Origin: an uncultured Candidatus Saccharibacteria bacterium
GTDB taxonomy: Bacteria > Patescibacteriota > Minisyncoccia > Phycocordibacterales > SBAW01
DNA length: 64,000 nucleotides
Assembly: GCA_964615415.1 (NCBI GenBank)
Contig: CAZTNI010000002.1
Span: 104,687 to 168,686 of the forward strand
Direction of reading: 5' to 3'
The notes under the pieces were generated by a model that made no database searches, was not told the origin of the DNA, and was given only the letters and a program-made list of their open reading frames with translations. The translations under genes and the position numbers were made by a program. This document shows, piece by piece, positions 37,483 through 46,408 of this stretch (its first letter is position 1; the number at the start of each line of letters is the position of its first letter).

Positions 37483-38766
37483 ATGACGTTGGAGCACTAT
37501 AACGACATAAAGAAGACCATTCCGGATAACCCGGGGGTGTACTTCTTCATGGGGCCTCGCAAGGAGGTGCTCTATATAGGCAAGGCAACATCTTTGCGTG
37601 ATAGAACGCGCTCGTACTTTGCTGCGGACTTGTTGACTACTCGGGGGCCGCTTCTTGTAGAAATGCTCAGCAATGCTGTTGCTATTGAGTGGAAGGAAAC
37701 AGACTCTGTGCTTGAGGCACTTATTTTAGAGGCAAACCTCATTCGTTCACACTTACCGCGCTACAACACTGACCTGAAAGACGACAAAAGTTTTAATTAT
37801 CTTGTTATCACCAAGGAAGACTACCCGCGTGTGCTTATTGTGCGCGGAAAAAACTTAGAAGATGAATTTCCGTCGCGCAATCGCCTTTATACGTTTGGTC
37901 CGTTCCCACACGGGTTACAGTTGCGCGAGGCAATGAAGCTGGTGCGTAAAATTTTCCCCTTCCGCGATACGTGTACACCCGCAGAAGAGCTTATTGCAGC
38001 GGGGAAGAAGCCGAAGTCGTGTTTTAACCATCATATAGGCCTCTGTCCCGGTGTGTGCACCGGAGAAATCTCTAAAGAAGAATATCGTCGGATTATCCGC
38101 CACATAGCACTCCTCTTCCAAGGGAAGAAAAAAGAGCTCGTAAAAACACTCGAGAAAGAGATGAAGCGTGCGGCAGAGTGGGAAGACTTTGAAGAGGCGG
38201 CACGCTTACGCTCGCAGCTCTTTGCGCTTAACCATATTCAGGACGTGTCGCTTATTAAAGAAGAGTATCGCAAGCCACGCTTGGTGGTGGGGACGATGCG
38301 TATAGAGGCGTACGACATGGCGCATCTTCAGGGTTCCGCAAACGTTGGTGTGATGACTGTGGTGGAAGATGGTGTGGCACAAACAAATGAGTATCGTAAA
38401 TTTAGAATCCGCTCCGCAAAGCCGGGAGACGACATTGGTGCGCTGCGCGAAGTGCTGACACGCCGACTGACACACGAGGAGTGGCCGATGCCGCGTATGA
38501 TCGTCGTTGACGGTTCGACTGCACAGATGAACGCTGCGGGGGCAGTGCTTGAGGAGTACGAGATGCAGATTCCGATTGTTGGCGTCGTGAAAGACCAGAA
38601 GCATCGCCCGCGTGATATTAAAGGTGACCGCAATTTAATTGCAGGACGCGAGCGCGACATACTCCTTGCCAACGCCGAGGCGCACCGCTATGCAATCGGT
38701 TACCATCGCAAAACAAGCAGAGCACGCTTGAAAGATGTTCCAGAAGGGGAACGCACGATTAGATAA
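37483..38766 (+). CDS. uvrC: excinuclease ABC subunit C (short form, no C-terminal HhH)
   Basis: N-terminal GIY-YIG (GVYFFMGPRKEVLYIGKATSLRDR), UvrB-interaction region, RNaseH-like endonuclease domain; only 427 aa. Confidence 0.8.
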   Translation: MTLEHYNDIKKTIPDNPGVYFFMGPRKEVLYIGKATSLRDRTRSYFAADLLTTRGPLLVEMLSNAVAIEWKETDSVLEALILEANLIRSHLPRYNTDLKDDKSFNYLVITKEDYPRVLIVRGKNLEDEFPSRNRLYTFGPFPHGLQLREAMKLVRKIFPFRDTCTPAEELIAAGKKPKSCFNHHIGLCPGVCTGEISKEEYRRIIRHIALLFQGKKKELVKTLEKEMKRAAEWEDFEEAARLRSQLFALNHIQDVSLIKEEYRKPRLVVGTMRIEAYDMAHLQGSANVGVMTVVEDGVAQTNEYRKFRIRSAKPGDDIGALREVLTRRLTHEEWPMPRMIVVDGSTAQMNAAGAVLEEYEMQIPIVGVVKDQKHRPRDIKGDRNLIAGRERDILLANAEAHRYAIGYHRKTSRARLKDVPEGERTIR

Positions 38767-38769
38767 ATG

Positions 38770-38802
38770 AAAAGCGGCGCCTGACGGCGCCGCTCGTTTT
38801 CG
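38770..38802. terminator. bidirectional terminator after uvrC
   Basis: AGCGGCGCC-TGAC-GGCGCCGCT CGTTTTCG. Confidence 0.7.
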
Positions 38803-38807
38803 ATTTA

Positions 38808-39065
38808 TCAGAAGGAAACTCCGAGTGATTCCTTCAGCCAGGCCTGCAAGAGGAGGACCCTACCCCGCTTGTCGCCCGATATTTCGGCTGCTTCCATGGC
38901 AGAAATCTTGCCGAAGGAAAGAACGGCCTCCATCTGGCGCCGGGTCAGGTCGGCCGACTTCGTATAGCCTCCGTCGGTGTTGATCCAGAAGGCCGTGCAG
39001 AGCTGTCCGAAAATATCCCTGTGTACGTCGGCGGACAAGGCTGCAAATTCTTCGTTTGTCATCAC
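38808..39065 (-). CDS. small hypothetical protein
   Basis: 85 aa ORF between a bidirectional terminator and ddl; no homology recognised. Confidence 0.3.
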   Translation of the reverse strand: MMTNEEFAALSADVHRDIFGQLCTAFWINTDGGYTKSADLTRRQMEAVLSFGKISAMEAAEISGDKRGRVLLLQAWLKESLGVSF

Positions 39066-39152
39066 TTCTCCTGTCAGATATCAGGTTGTAGTCCTGTTCG
39101 AATCTATCAAAGTACAACCTTTTGCGCAATTTTCTTGTTGTACAATGTGTAT

Positions 39153-40130
39153 ATGCGTAGGGTAGTTGGCGTGCTTCGCGGCGGTCCTTCAACTGAATAT
39201 GAGGTGTCACTTAAAAGTGGCGCCAACGTGCTTCAGGCTCTAAACCAAGAGCACTTTGAGCCGCGCGATATTTTTATAGACAAAAAGGGTCAGTGGCACC
39301 TCCATGGTGTTGGCGTGCACCCGGAGCGTGCGCTGCGCGGCGTCGATGTTGCGTTTAACGCAATGCATGGTGAGTTTGGCGAAGACGGCGAGGTACAAAA
39401 ACTGCTCGAGCAGCTCGCGATTCCCTACACTGGGTCAGACGCGCTTTCGTCGGCGATCGCGTTTAATAAACACAAAACAAAAGACGCGGTAGTGAAGTTC
39501 GGTGTAAAAGTGCCGCGACATGTGATAGTGAATCAACCAACGGCGGAATTTCCGCTCGAGGCCAAGGCGCTCCATATTTTCCGCACATTTCCGCTGCCGG
39601 TTATTGTTAAACCTGTTGTTGGTGGTTCTTCAGTAGGGACCACACTGGTGGAAAACTTTCACGCACTGGAGTGGGCGCTCGCACAAGGGCTCCAAGTAGC
39701 ACCGAAGGTACTTGTCGAAGAATTTATTAAAGGACGAGAGGCTACGGTGGGTGTTATAGATCATTTCCGGAATGAAAAAGTGTACGCCTTGATGCCGATA
39801 GAAATTATCCCGCCACCAGACCGACCATTTTTCGATTACGAAGCGAAGTATAGTGGAAAATCTATCGAACGTGTGCCAGGGAACTTTACCGATACAGAAA
39901 AGGCGCACTTGATGGACTTGGCACGCAAGGTGCATGAAGGTATGGGGCTTAAGCACTACTCGCGCTCGGACTTTATCGTTTCGCGCAGGGGGATTTACTT
40001 CCTTGAGGTGAATACGCTTCCGGGTTTAACAGGAGAGTCACTCCTGCCGAAGGCGCTCGGTGCTGTTGGCTCAAAAATGTCGGACTTCCTCCACCACGTA
40101 ATAGACTTGGCACACAGAAAAAATGCCTGA
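39153..40130 (+). CDS. ddl: D-alanine--D-alanine ligase
   Basis: MRRVVGVLRGGPSTEYEVSLKSG...ATP-grasp motifs...EVNTLPGLT; start trimmed to MRRVV. Confidence 0.85.
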   Translation: MRRVVGVLRGGPSTEYEVSLKSGANVLQALNQEHFEPRDIFIDKKGQWHLHGVGVHPERALRGVDVAFNAMHGEFGEDGEVQKLLEQLAIPYTGSDALSSAIAFNKHKTKDAVVKFGVKVPRHVIVNQPTAEFPLEAKALHIFRTFPLPVIVKPVVGGSSVGTTLVENFHALEWALAQGLQVAPKVLVEEFIKGREATVGVIDHFRNEKVYALMPIEIIPPPDRPFFDYEAKYSGKSIERVPGNFTDTEKAHLMDLARKVHEGMGLKHYSRSDFIVSRRGIYFLEVNTLPGLTGESLLPKALGAVGSKMSDFLHHVIDLAHRKNA

Positions 40131-40470
40131 CTCTTCCAAACAGCCGCTCGCAAAGCGTAAGTGCAAACCATGCGAAGGTAACGTGCCTCCTTTGCCGCCC
40201 AACCGGGCTATGGAAATGATGCGGGAGTTAGACAGCGAGTGGATGCTTATTGACGATGCACACATGCTCGCAAAGTCATTCCATTTTAAAGATTTTGCAG
40301 AAACTATGGCCTTTGTAAACAAAGTAGCTGTCATTGCCGAAGAAGAGGGGCACCACCCGGACATGACTATTTCCTACGCCGACTTATCGATAGAGTTAAT
40401 GACCCACGCCATAGGCGGCCTTTCCGAGAATGACTACATCCTTGCGGCAAAGATAGATGAAATAAAATGA
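40123..40470 (+). CDS. pterin-4a-carbinolamine dehydratase (PCD/DCoH)
   Basis: EEEGHHPD motif and 115 aa size. Confidence 0.75.
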   Translation: MPDSSKQPLAKRKCKPCEGNVPPLPPNRAMEMMRELDSEWMLIDDAHMLAKSFHFKDFAETMAFVNKVAVIAEEEGHHPDMTISYADLSIELMTHAIGGLSENDYILAAKIDEIK

Positions 40471-40495
40471 CCTCGCTCAGTGGCGAGGTCACAAG

Positions 40496-41095
40496 TTATA
40501 TTTGAGGCGTGAGGCGCTCAAGAATTTCTTCCCAATTTGCCACACGTGTGACGAGCGGCGGCATCTCGCCTTGGTTCCACGGCCTGTCCGGCAGATAGAC
40601 GGGGATTCCAGCTGTTGCAGTAGTGCGTGCTGTGCCCGGACTGTCGTCTATGAGCGCCGCAACGTTGAGGCGTTTGCATATCTCCACCTTGGGGATGGGT
40701 GTCTTGGTATCTCCAAGAACATAATGATTTGCAAAGTGGAGTTCTTGGAAGAGTTGTGCAAAATGCTTCGCAACAAGTTCGTCCACCGGATTGCGCATGA
40801 TGTCGTCCCGGGCAGTAATAACGAACAAATCGTAGTAGTCGCTCAGGGTCCGCATTGCGTCCGCGGCCCCTTCAATAGGGGCGACTTGTATATGATGATG
40901 AGAAAACACGAAGTCGTACACACGCCGACGCATTTCCTCTTCGCTGCAGCCAAAGACATTACCGAGGTTCCAGTCGACAAGATGACCGTACTCGAGAGTG
41001 GTCCCGTGGAGTTCGTTGTGATGGATACGGAACGTGTTGGTGAAGTCTATAAGGACGTCGTCAAAGTCGACCCCCAATCTAGGCTTATTTGCCAT
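40496..41095 (-). CDS. HAD-superfamily 5'(3')-deoxyribonucleotidase-like hydrolase
   Basis: N-terminal DxD motif (LGVDFDDVL) and later HAD motifs. Confidence 0.55.
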   Translation of the reverse strand: MANKPRLGVDFDDVLIDFTNTFRIHHNELHGTTLEYGHLVDWNLGNVFGCSEEEMRRRVYDFVFSHHHIQVAPIEGAADAMRTLSDYYDLFVITARDDIMRNPVDELVAKHFAQLFQELHFANHYVLGDTKTPIPKVEICKRLNVAALIDDSPGTARTTATAGIPVYLPDRPWNQGEMPPLVTRVANWEEILERLTPQI

Positions 41096-41202
41096 TATGT
41101 ATCTCCTGTTGTTCTATCTAAACCGACTATAGCAGAGGCGAGTAAAAGGGTCTAGACGGTAGATAAAATTGATGTAATATAAGGAATGTTCAACATTTAG
41201 TT

Positions 41203-41278
41203 GGGCCCGTAGCTTAGTTGGTAGAGCACCTCATTTGCAATGAGGGGGTCAGGAGTTCGAATCTCCTCGGGTCCACCA
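41203..41278 (+). tRNA. tRNA-Ala (TGC)
   Basis: Cloverleaf with G3:U70 identity pair, anticodon loop TTTGCAA, encoded CCA; terminator at 41289-41312. Confidence 0.9.
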
Positions 41279-41489
41279 GACGAAAATTAACCTGCCTTGA
41301 GGCAGGTTTTTCGTACTGGTGGAGGCCGGAGCGATGTTTCGTCAGTAAACGAAACCGCGAGGCGGGGCCGGCGACCAAACTTTGCGACGGCAAAGTTTGA
41401 GTTGTGGGCCACAAGGTGGAAGTCTTTGAGTCGTAGTCCATAAAAACTTTTATGCTATAGTGCTTCTCGGTTAGAAACGGAGAGTTCTT

Positions 41490-41795
41490 ATGAGTCGGCA
41501 TGCAGCTACACTTTCTCCTGAAGAAGCCGCATTCAGGCGACTGGAAGCGGAATTCATACCACACATCGAAGACGTGCGCCGTAAGTGGATGCAAGAAAAT
41601 AATCGCATTCCCATGGGTGCAGGGCTCTATGAACTTGATCCTCAAGAGCAAAATCGGGTCAAGTGGGTTATTGCTGCCTGGGAGCGATACATCACTCCTA
41701 TTGCAGAAGCGTGGTGGCGAGAGCGCGGCTATGAAATTATCTGGCCGGAACAGTCTTCCGACCCGTGCACATACAGAAAGCTTGTAGCAGCGTAA
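41490..41795 (+). CDS. hypothetical protein
   Basis: 101 aa ORF followed by a strong terminator at 41798-41835. Confidence 0.4.
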   Translation: MSRHAATLSPEEAAFRRLEAEFIPHIEDVRRKWMQENNRIPMGAGLYELDPQEQNRVKWVIAAWERYITPIAEAWWRERGYEIIWPEQSSDPCTYRKLVAA

Positions 41796-41901
41796 TCAAA
41801 AGTCCGTCTGTTTTCAGACGGACTTTTTCTTTTTGGCATATAAATTGACTTTCACCACAAAAATGGTATTTTAGTTTCGGATACAACCACGGGAGAGTTC
41901 A

Positions 41902-42315
41902 ATGCAAGTTTCTGACATTCCGCTCCAGCATCTGCGGATCGGACAGGTTGTGTATATGCCCCGCACAGGTCTCTATGCTTTCATTCTTTCCATACATGCC
42001 GCTATTTTGTCAGCGACTACTGCTAAAAGACCTCCGTATACACAAATTGCTGTACAAGACACCAGAGGACATATACTTGAGTTTGCTCGTGTACCCAGCA
42101 ACAATGTAAAAGCAGTCTCGCGTGTTATCGATGAAAGCGAGTTCGAGCGCTTCCTCGAAATCGTCGCGCTCGAGTCGAAGCATTGGCAGCCACTTACACC
42201 TGAAGCGTTTGCAGAGTCGGGAAGTTGGGCGTCGAACCTTGTTCGCAGAGCCGCCGCCGGCCCTGAACTCCCAGTGGGTGAAAGCCCTGACCTCGGTGCT
42301 GCGCCCTCCTCGTGA
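41902..42315 (+). CDS. hypothetical protein
   Basis: 137 aa ORF; terminator at 42301-42331. Confidence 0.35.
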   Translation: MQVSDIPLQHLRIGQVVYMPRTGLYAFILSIHAAILSATTAKRPPYTQIAVQDTRGHILEFARVPSNNVKAVSRVIDESEFERFLEIVALESKHWQPLTPEAFAESGSWASNLVRRAAAGPELPVGESPDLGAAPSS

Positions 42316-42397
42316 GGGCGCTTTTCTTTTTATGAAAATAAAATACGCCAGTCTCTTGAAGAGACTGGCGTTCTGGAGAAGCAGAAACATTGCTAGG

Positions 42398-42775
42398 TTA
42401 CCAACGAAACCACCCGTAGTCGGCGTAAGTGGAACAGGCATAGTCGCCGCGATAATTCTGGACGCATACTCGCGTATACCCGTCTCGGCAGGTCTGGTCG
42501 ATCCACCAATAGATCTGCTCACCATTGGTGCCGTTCTGACGCAGAATTCGCTCCATGGTGTTGTAACCTGCGCCTGAGTATACACAGTAGCGTTCGGTAC
42601 CGCCCAGTTCGAGCGCCCAGCCATTGCCGTCACCAAGAATGAGGTAGCGCTGGCCGTTATCGTAGGTACCATATTCCCAATCGCCCCAGTATGCCTCCTG
42701 AGCGGCACTGACAGTAGCGCTCGCCGCAAGGAACATTGTGGCGACTGCAAGCATTGCAATGAACTTCCTTACCAT
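42398..42775 (-). CDS. small secreted W/Y/G-rich protein
   Basis: Start at MVRKFIAMLAVATMFLAASATVSA (signal peptide); terminator hairpin at 42345-42371. Confidence 0.4.
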   Translation of the reverse strand: MVRKFIAMLAVATMFLAASATVSAAQEAYWGDWEYGTYDNGQRYLILGDGNGWALELGGTERYCVYSGAGYNTMERILRQNGTNGEQIYWWIDQTCRDGYTRVCVQNYRGDYACSTYADYGWFRW

Positions 42776-42853
42776 CACTTCCTCCGTGGGGTTGATGACG
42801 GCCCCACTATATGAAGGGTTTAGATACTTGTCAAAGCTCCCTATCAACAGTCT

Positions 42854-43909
42854 CTATTTCTTTTTTGCAGCGTCGATAACTTTTTTATAGATAGCTTCGT
42901 AGCCTTCGGCCATCTTTGCGGCATTAAATTTTGTTAATGCGTGTGCGCGACAGTATGCGCGGTCGATAGTGTCAACGTTTTTAATAGCTTCAACCATCTC
43001 GTCAAGATTTTTTACGAGAAAACCAGTTTTCCCTTCTTCAATTATTTCTGGCATAGCACCAAGGTTGAATGCCACAACCGGGAGGCCGCAGGCATTCGCT
43101 TCGATGATGGTAAGGCCGAATGGTTCGCGCCAGGTGATAGGGTGGAGGAACACGAGCGCACGCGCCATCAAGTCGTTACGTTCGGTTTCATCGATCTCGC
43201 CGATCCATTTGATCTGATCATTTAAAAACGGCTTTACGTATTTTCTGTAGTAGCGTTGACCAGCCTCTGTTTCCTCGATTTTTCCTGCAAGGATAAGCGG
43301 CAGGTTGAGTCGTTTTGCTGCAACGATAGCATGGTGTGGTCCCTTCTCGAGACAAATTCGGCCCACCCACAAAAGGTAGCCATCATGCTGGGCAGAAAAT
43401 GGATAGTGCTCCATCGGGAGACCGTTGTGTACAAAGCCCGCAAGATTCAGGTCCTGAATATCTCGTCCTAAGTCTTGAGAGATAGTAACGATATTCATTT
43501 TACGGAACTCGCGGTAGGTAGAAATGTGGTCCGGTTCAATGTGGCCATGCAGGGTAAGGACTGCCGGAGTGGTAGATTTTTCTGCGAGTGCAGCACCGAT
43601 AGACGGTCCTGGAAACGCTACGTGGTCGTGGATAACATCAAACTCTTTTTCCATCACGTATGCACGACTAATAGAATGCATGAGCGGTGCGTTGAATCCG
43701 TATACGGGGCGTATTTTGCTGTTGCGGATAGAGGTAGGGAATACCGAGTTTAATTTTGCCGAGGTGATGGAATCGCCGGAAGCAAAGAGTGTTACTTCAT
43801 GGCCCCGCTTAACAAGCTCCTCGGTGAGAGCGTGAACCACGCGTTCCGTGCCGCCGTACTTTTCCGGAGGGACACGAATAGCGAGTGGCGCTATTTGAGC
43901 AATTCTCAT
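42854..43909 (-). CDS. GT4-family glycosyltransferase
   Basis: MRIAQIAPLAIRVPPEKYGGTERVVHALTEELVKRGHEVTLF and a C-terminal EX7E-like region. Confidence 0.8.
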   Translation of the reverse strand: MRIAQIAPLAIRVPPEKYGGTERVVHALTEELVKRGHEVTLFASGDSITSAKLNSVFPTSIRNSKIRPVYGFNAPLMHSISRAYVMEKEFDVIHDHVAFPGPSIGAALAEKSTTPAVLTLHGHIEPDHISTYREFRKMNIVTISQDLGRDIQDLNLAGFVHNGLPMEHYPFSAQHDGYLLWVGRICLEKGPHHAIVAAKRLNLPLILAGKIEETEAGQRYYRKYVKPFLNDQIKWIGEIDETERNDLMARALVFLHPITWREPFGLTIIEANACGLPVVAFNLGAMPEIIEEGKTGFLVKNLDEMVEAIKNVDTIDRAYCRAHALTKFNAAKMAEGYEAIYKKVIDAAKKK

Positions 43910-44079
43910 AGATGCCTAAAAGACACGTAAGAAAAGGCACGTTAATAGTGCCACGAGGTTGGTGTGCGCACAATGCAAGTTCTTGACAGTAAAAATAGGG
44001 GCTGAGTAGAAAATATTTACAATTTTGAATTTTGTGACATAGTTTATTTAGAAGGAATACAAACATAGGGAGAAGCCTA

Positions 44080-44589
44080 ATGGGCGCTTTTAGTATCTTC
44101 TTTCAAGATCGAATGGCGGCTGGAGTGCGCGTGTGCGGCACCTGTAGCGCGTGCTGTAAAACCCACGGCGTGACACTTGCGCCCGATACATACAAACCAA
44201 AAGGAGTCTGGTGCCCACACTGGGACAAGCAGGAGCGTTGCACTATATATAAGACGCGCCCGAGGGATTGTCAGGATTTTCGGTGCGAGTGGCTGAAGGG
44301 ATACGGATCCGACTCGCTGCGTCCCGATAGAACAAAAGTAGTGCTCGACTTTGTAAACCTTCCTGATGGCCCCCAGGGAGGAATGCTCCAGATGTTTGAA
44401 GTGTCGGAGGGGGCACTCCTAAAGTCGGACATGCAAGCACTTACGCAGGAAGTTTGTACGCGTGGCGTGACCGTGGTCCACGTGCCGCTCGGTAGGCAGA
44501 AAAAGATCTTCATTCCTCGTCGGGTGAAAGATTTTACAGAAGTTGTAGAAAGTGCAACGGAAGAAGGGTATATAATCGTGCTCGTTTAA
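44080..44589 (+). CDS. YkgJ-family Fe-S/zinc-chelating domain protein (CxxCxxCC)
   Basis: CGTCSACC motif and further Cys pairs; terminator at 44594-44623. Confidence 0.55.
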   Translation: MGAFSIFFQDRMAAGVRVCGTCSACCKTHGVTLAPDTYKPKGVWCPHWDKQERCTIYKTRPRDCQDFRCEWLKGYGSDSLRPDRTKVVLDFVNLPDGPQGGMLQMFEVSEGALLKSDMQALTQEVCTRGVTVVHVPLGRQKKIFIPRRVKDFTEVVESATEEGYIIVLV

Positions 44590-44673
44590 GTTCGCCGCTT
44601 CTCCTTAGAAGCGGCTTTTTCTTGCTCGACACCTCGTCAAACTCGCTCTATAGTAGCTACATTCGAACCCCCT

Positions 44674-44747
44674 GTCGGGCTGTCGTATAGTGGTAGTATG
44701 TAGGCCGTCGGAAATTTAGTCGGGCTGTCGTATAGTGGTATTATGTA
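44674..44747 (+). repeat. tandem direct repeat of the tRNA-Pro 5' half (29 nt, 1 mismatch, 45-bp spacing)
   Basis: GTCGGGCTGTCGTATAGTGGTA(G/T)TATGTA occurs at 44674-44702 and again as the 5' part of the tRNA at 44719-44747. Confidence 0.7.
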
Positions 44748-44791
44748 CGCTTCGGGTGCGTAAGATCCGAGTTCGATTCTCGGCAGCCCGA
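44721..44791 (+). tRNA. tRNA-Pro (CGG)
   Basis: Acceptor CGGGCTG/CAGCCCG, anticodon stem TACGC/GCGTA with loop TTCGGGT, T-arm CCGAG-TTCGATT-CTCGG; weak D-stem; no encoded CCA. Confidence 0.6.
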
Positions 44792-44812
44792 CTAAGTTTC
44801 TGACAATTCATA

Positions 44813-45430
44813 ATGAAAAAGACTGACCTACAGAGCATTACCGATTTTATTTACGAGATAGGCATCTTGCGCCACACGCCACGTTCGGGCTTTTGGTTTT
44901 TGGGTACGGGCAAGCAGTCTGTTGCGGAACATTTGTTTCGCACCGCGATGATAGCCTACGCGCTGTGTAAGATGACTCCGGGTGCAAACAAAGAGCGTGC
45001 GATTTTTATGGCACTGGTACACGACGTAGGCGAAGGGCGTACCTCGGACCTTAACTATGTGCACCAGCGCTACGGCCGCTTGGCAGAAACAACCGCGTTT
45101 GAAGACATTGCCCGCGCAGTACCCTTCGGTAAAGAAATGCAGGACGCATACTTAGAAGAGCAAAAGCGCGAAAGTCTTGAAGCAAAGCTGGTTAAAGACG
45201 CAGACCAGTTGGAATGGATAGCGTCACTCCGCGAAGAGGAAATGAAAGGGAATGCAAAAGCGAAGGAGTGGGTCGCTATTGCAGCAAAGCGTCTTAAAAC
45301 TCCTGCTGCGCAAACTATCTGCAAACTTTTGTTGAAGACAAAGCCAGATGCGTGGTGGTTCGACAAAGCCGACAAGTGGTTTGTCGACCGGCAAGAAGCC
45401 CACAGGAAAATTTCTAAAAAGAAGAAATAG
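44813..45430 (+). CDS. HD-domain phosphohydrolase (YfbR-like 5'-deoxynucleotidase)
   Basis: H...HDVGEGRTSD...DADQLE HD motifs. Confidence 0.65.
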   Translation: MKKTDLQSITDFIYEIGILRHTPRSGFWFLGTGKQSVAEHLFRTAMIAYALCKMTPGANKERAIFMALVHDVGEGRTSDLNYVHQRYGRLAETTAFEDIARAVPFGKEMQDAYLEEQKRESLEAKLVKDADQLEWIASLREEEMKGNAKAKEWVAIAAKRLKTPAAQTICKLLLKTKPDAWWFDKADKWFVDRQEAHRKISKKKK

Positions 45431-45494
45431 ACGCGGTGCTGTACGCGTGGTATAGTTTTTTTGGAAAAGTTTCCTTACAAATAGGAGGCATGCC

Positions 45495-46280
45495 GTGCTT
45501 GACCAGCCGACACTAACACTTGATCATCCTGCCGTGCAGGCAGCGAAGGATCAGTGGGAGAGGAGACTCGCTAAACGTCCCGCTCCTCGAAAACATTCTT
45601 TTACGTTCGAGACCTTTTTCGAGCGTTTTAGTGACACCACTCTACCTCTTTCGCATTTACAGAAAGAGACAGGTCTGACACGAGCCCGGTTGTATCAAAT
45701 CTATGACAGATATTTCCGTACTCTATTTGGAGGGGTGTCCGCACGGAAACGCTTCCAAAAGATACTGTCTCGCAAGCGCGCTGCAGAGCTTGAAACAGCA
45801 GAGCAAACATTGCTCAAAAAACATCCTCGCTGGCGGCATGTTGTAAAGCAAGCACAACTCGCTTCCTGTGTCGTGGAAGCGGTGCCTATGGGGAATCATG
45901 GAAAAGAAACAGGGAGGGTGCTTGCCACTTCCTTGCGCATTAATGGACACCTTTGCTCTGCTCACATTGCACGCACTGCCCGCAGGTTGGCAGACACCAA
46001 GCGGAGTTATGTGCGTGTGCAGCTGAGTACTTTGGTGGTTCAAAGAAAATATGCAGTCGTTATTCATACGAGAGTGAAGGATCAAAAGCCACACACGTTC
46101 GTAATCCCGACTGCAGACATCCTCGCTGCCTATCCTGCGCTCCGCGAAGGTAAAGATGTGATGTTGAACATACCAGTAGAACGGTCGTCGGCATCTCATA
46201 AAAACATGTCGAAGCTTGCGTATTGGAACTACGAAAATGCGTGGCACTTGCTACGCCCCGAAGAAACATCCGCCCCGTAA
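45495..46280 (+). CDS. hypothetical protein with HTH-like segment
   Basis: LSHLQKETGLTRARLYQIYDRYF is HTH-like; 261 aa; terminator at 46268-46300. Confidence 0.4.
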   Translation: MLDQPTLTLDHPAVQAAKDQWERRLAKRPAPRKHSFTFETFFERFSDTTLPLSHLQKETGLTRARLYQIYDRYFRTLFGGVSARKRFQKILSRKRAAELETAEQTLLKKHPRWRHVVKQAQLASCVVEAVPMGNHGKETGRVLATSLRINGHLCSAHIARTARRLADTKRSYVRVQLSTLVVQRKYAVVIHTRVKDQKPHTFVIPTADILAAYPALREGKDVMLNIPVERSSASHKNMSKLAYWNYENAWHLLRPEETSAP

Positions 46281-46305
46281 ATAGGGGCGGATTCTTTTTT
46301 GCAAG

Positions 46306-46339
46306 CATATTGACCATCGAGGTTTTTAATGTTAAAAAT
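46306..46339 (+). promoter_or_regulatory. sigma70-like promoter CATATTGACC-N16-(TG)TTAAAAAT
   Basis: -35 TTGACC and extended -10 TGTTAAAAAT; shares the upstream ACATATTGAC block with promoters at 47540 and 51294. Confidence 0.45.
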
Positions 46340-46408
46340 CTGCCTGGAAGTCCGGCGGTAGTTGCCGCCACACAACCTCTGTTCAATCAACCACGAAAGG
46401 GTTCTCTC

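Noticed and set aside
41214-41651. 145-aa minus-strand ORF
   Set aside because: It overlaps tRNA-Ala and its terminator and has no supporting features.
44641-44702. Possible second tRNA upstream of tRNA-Pro
   Set aside because: Only the 5' 29 nt matches. There is no anticodon or T-arm and no acceptor closure. It is a partial duplication, not a gene.
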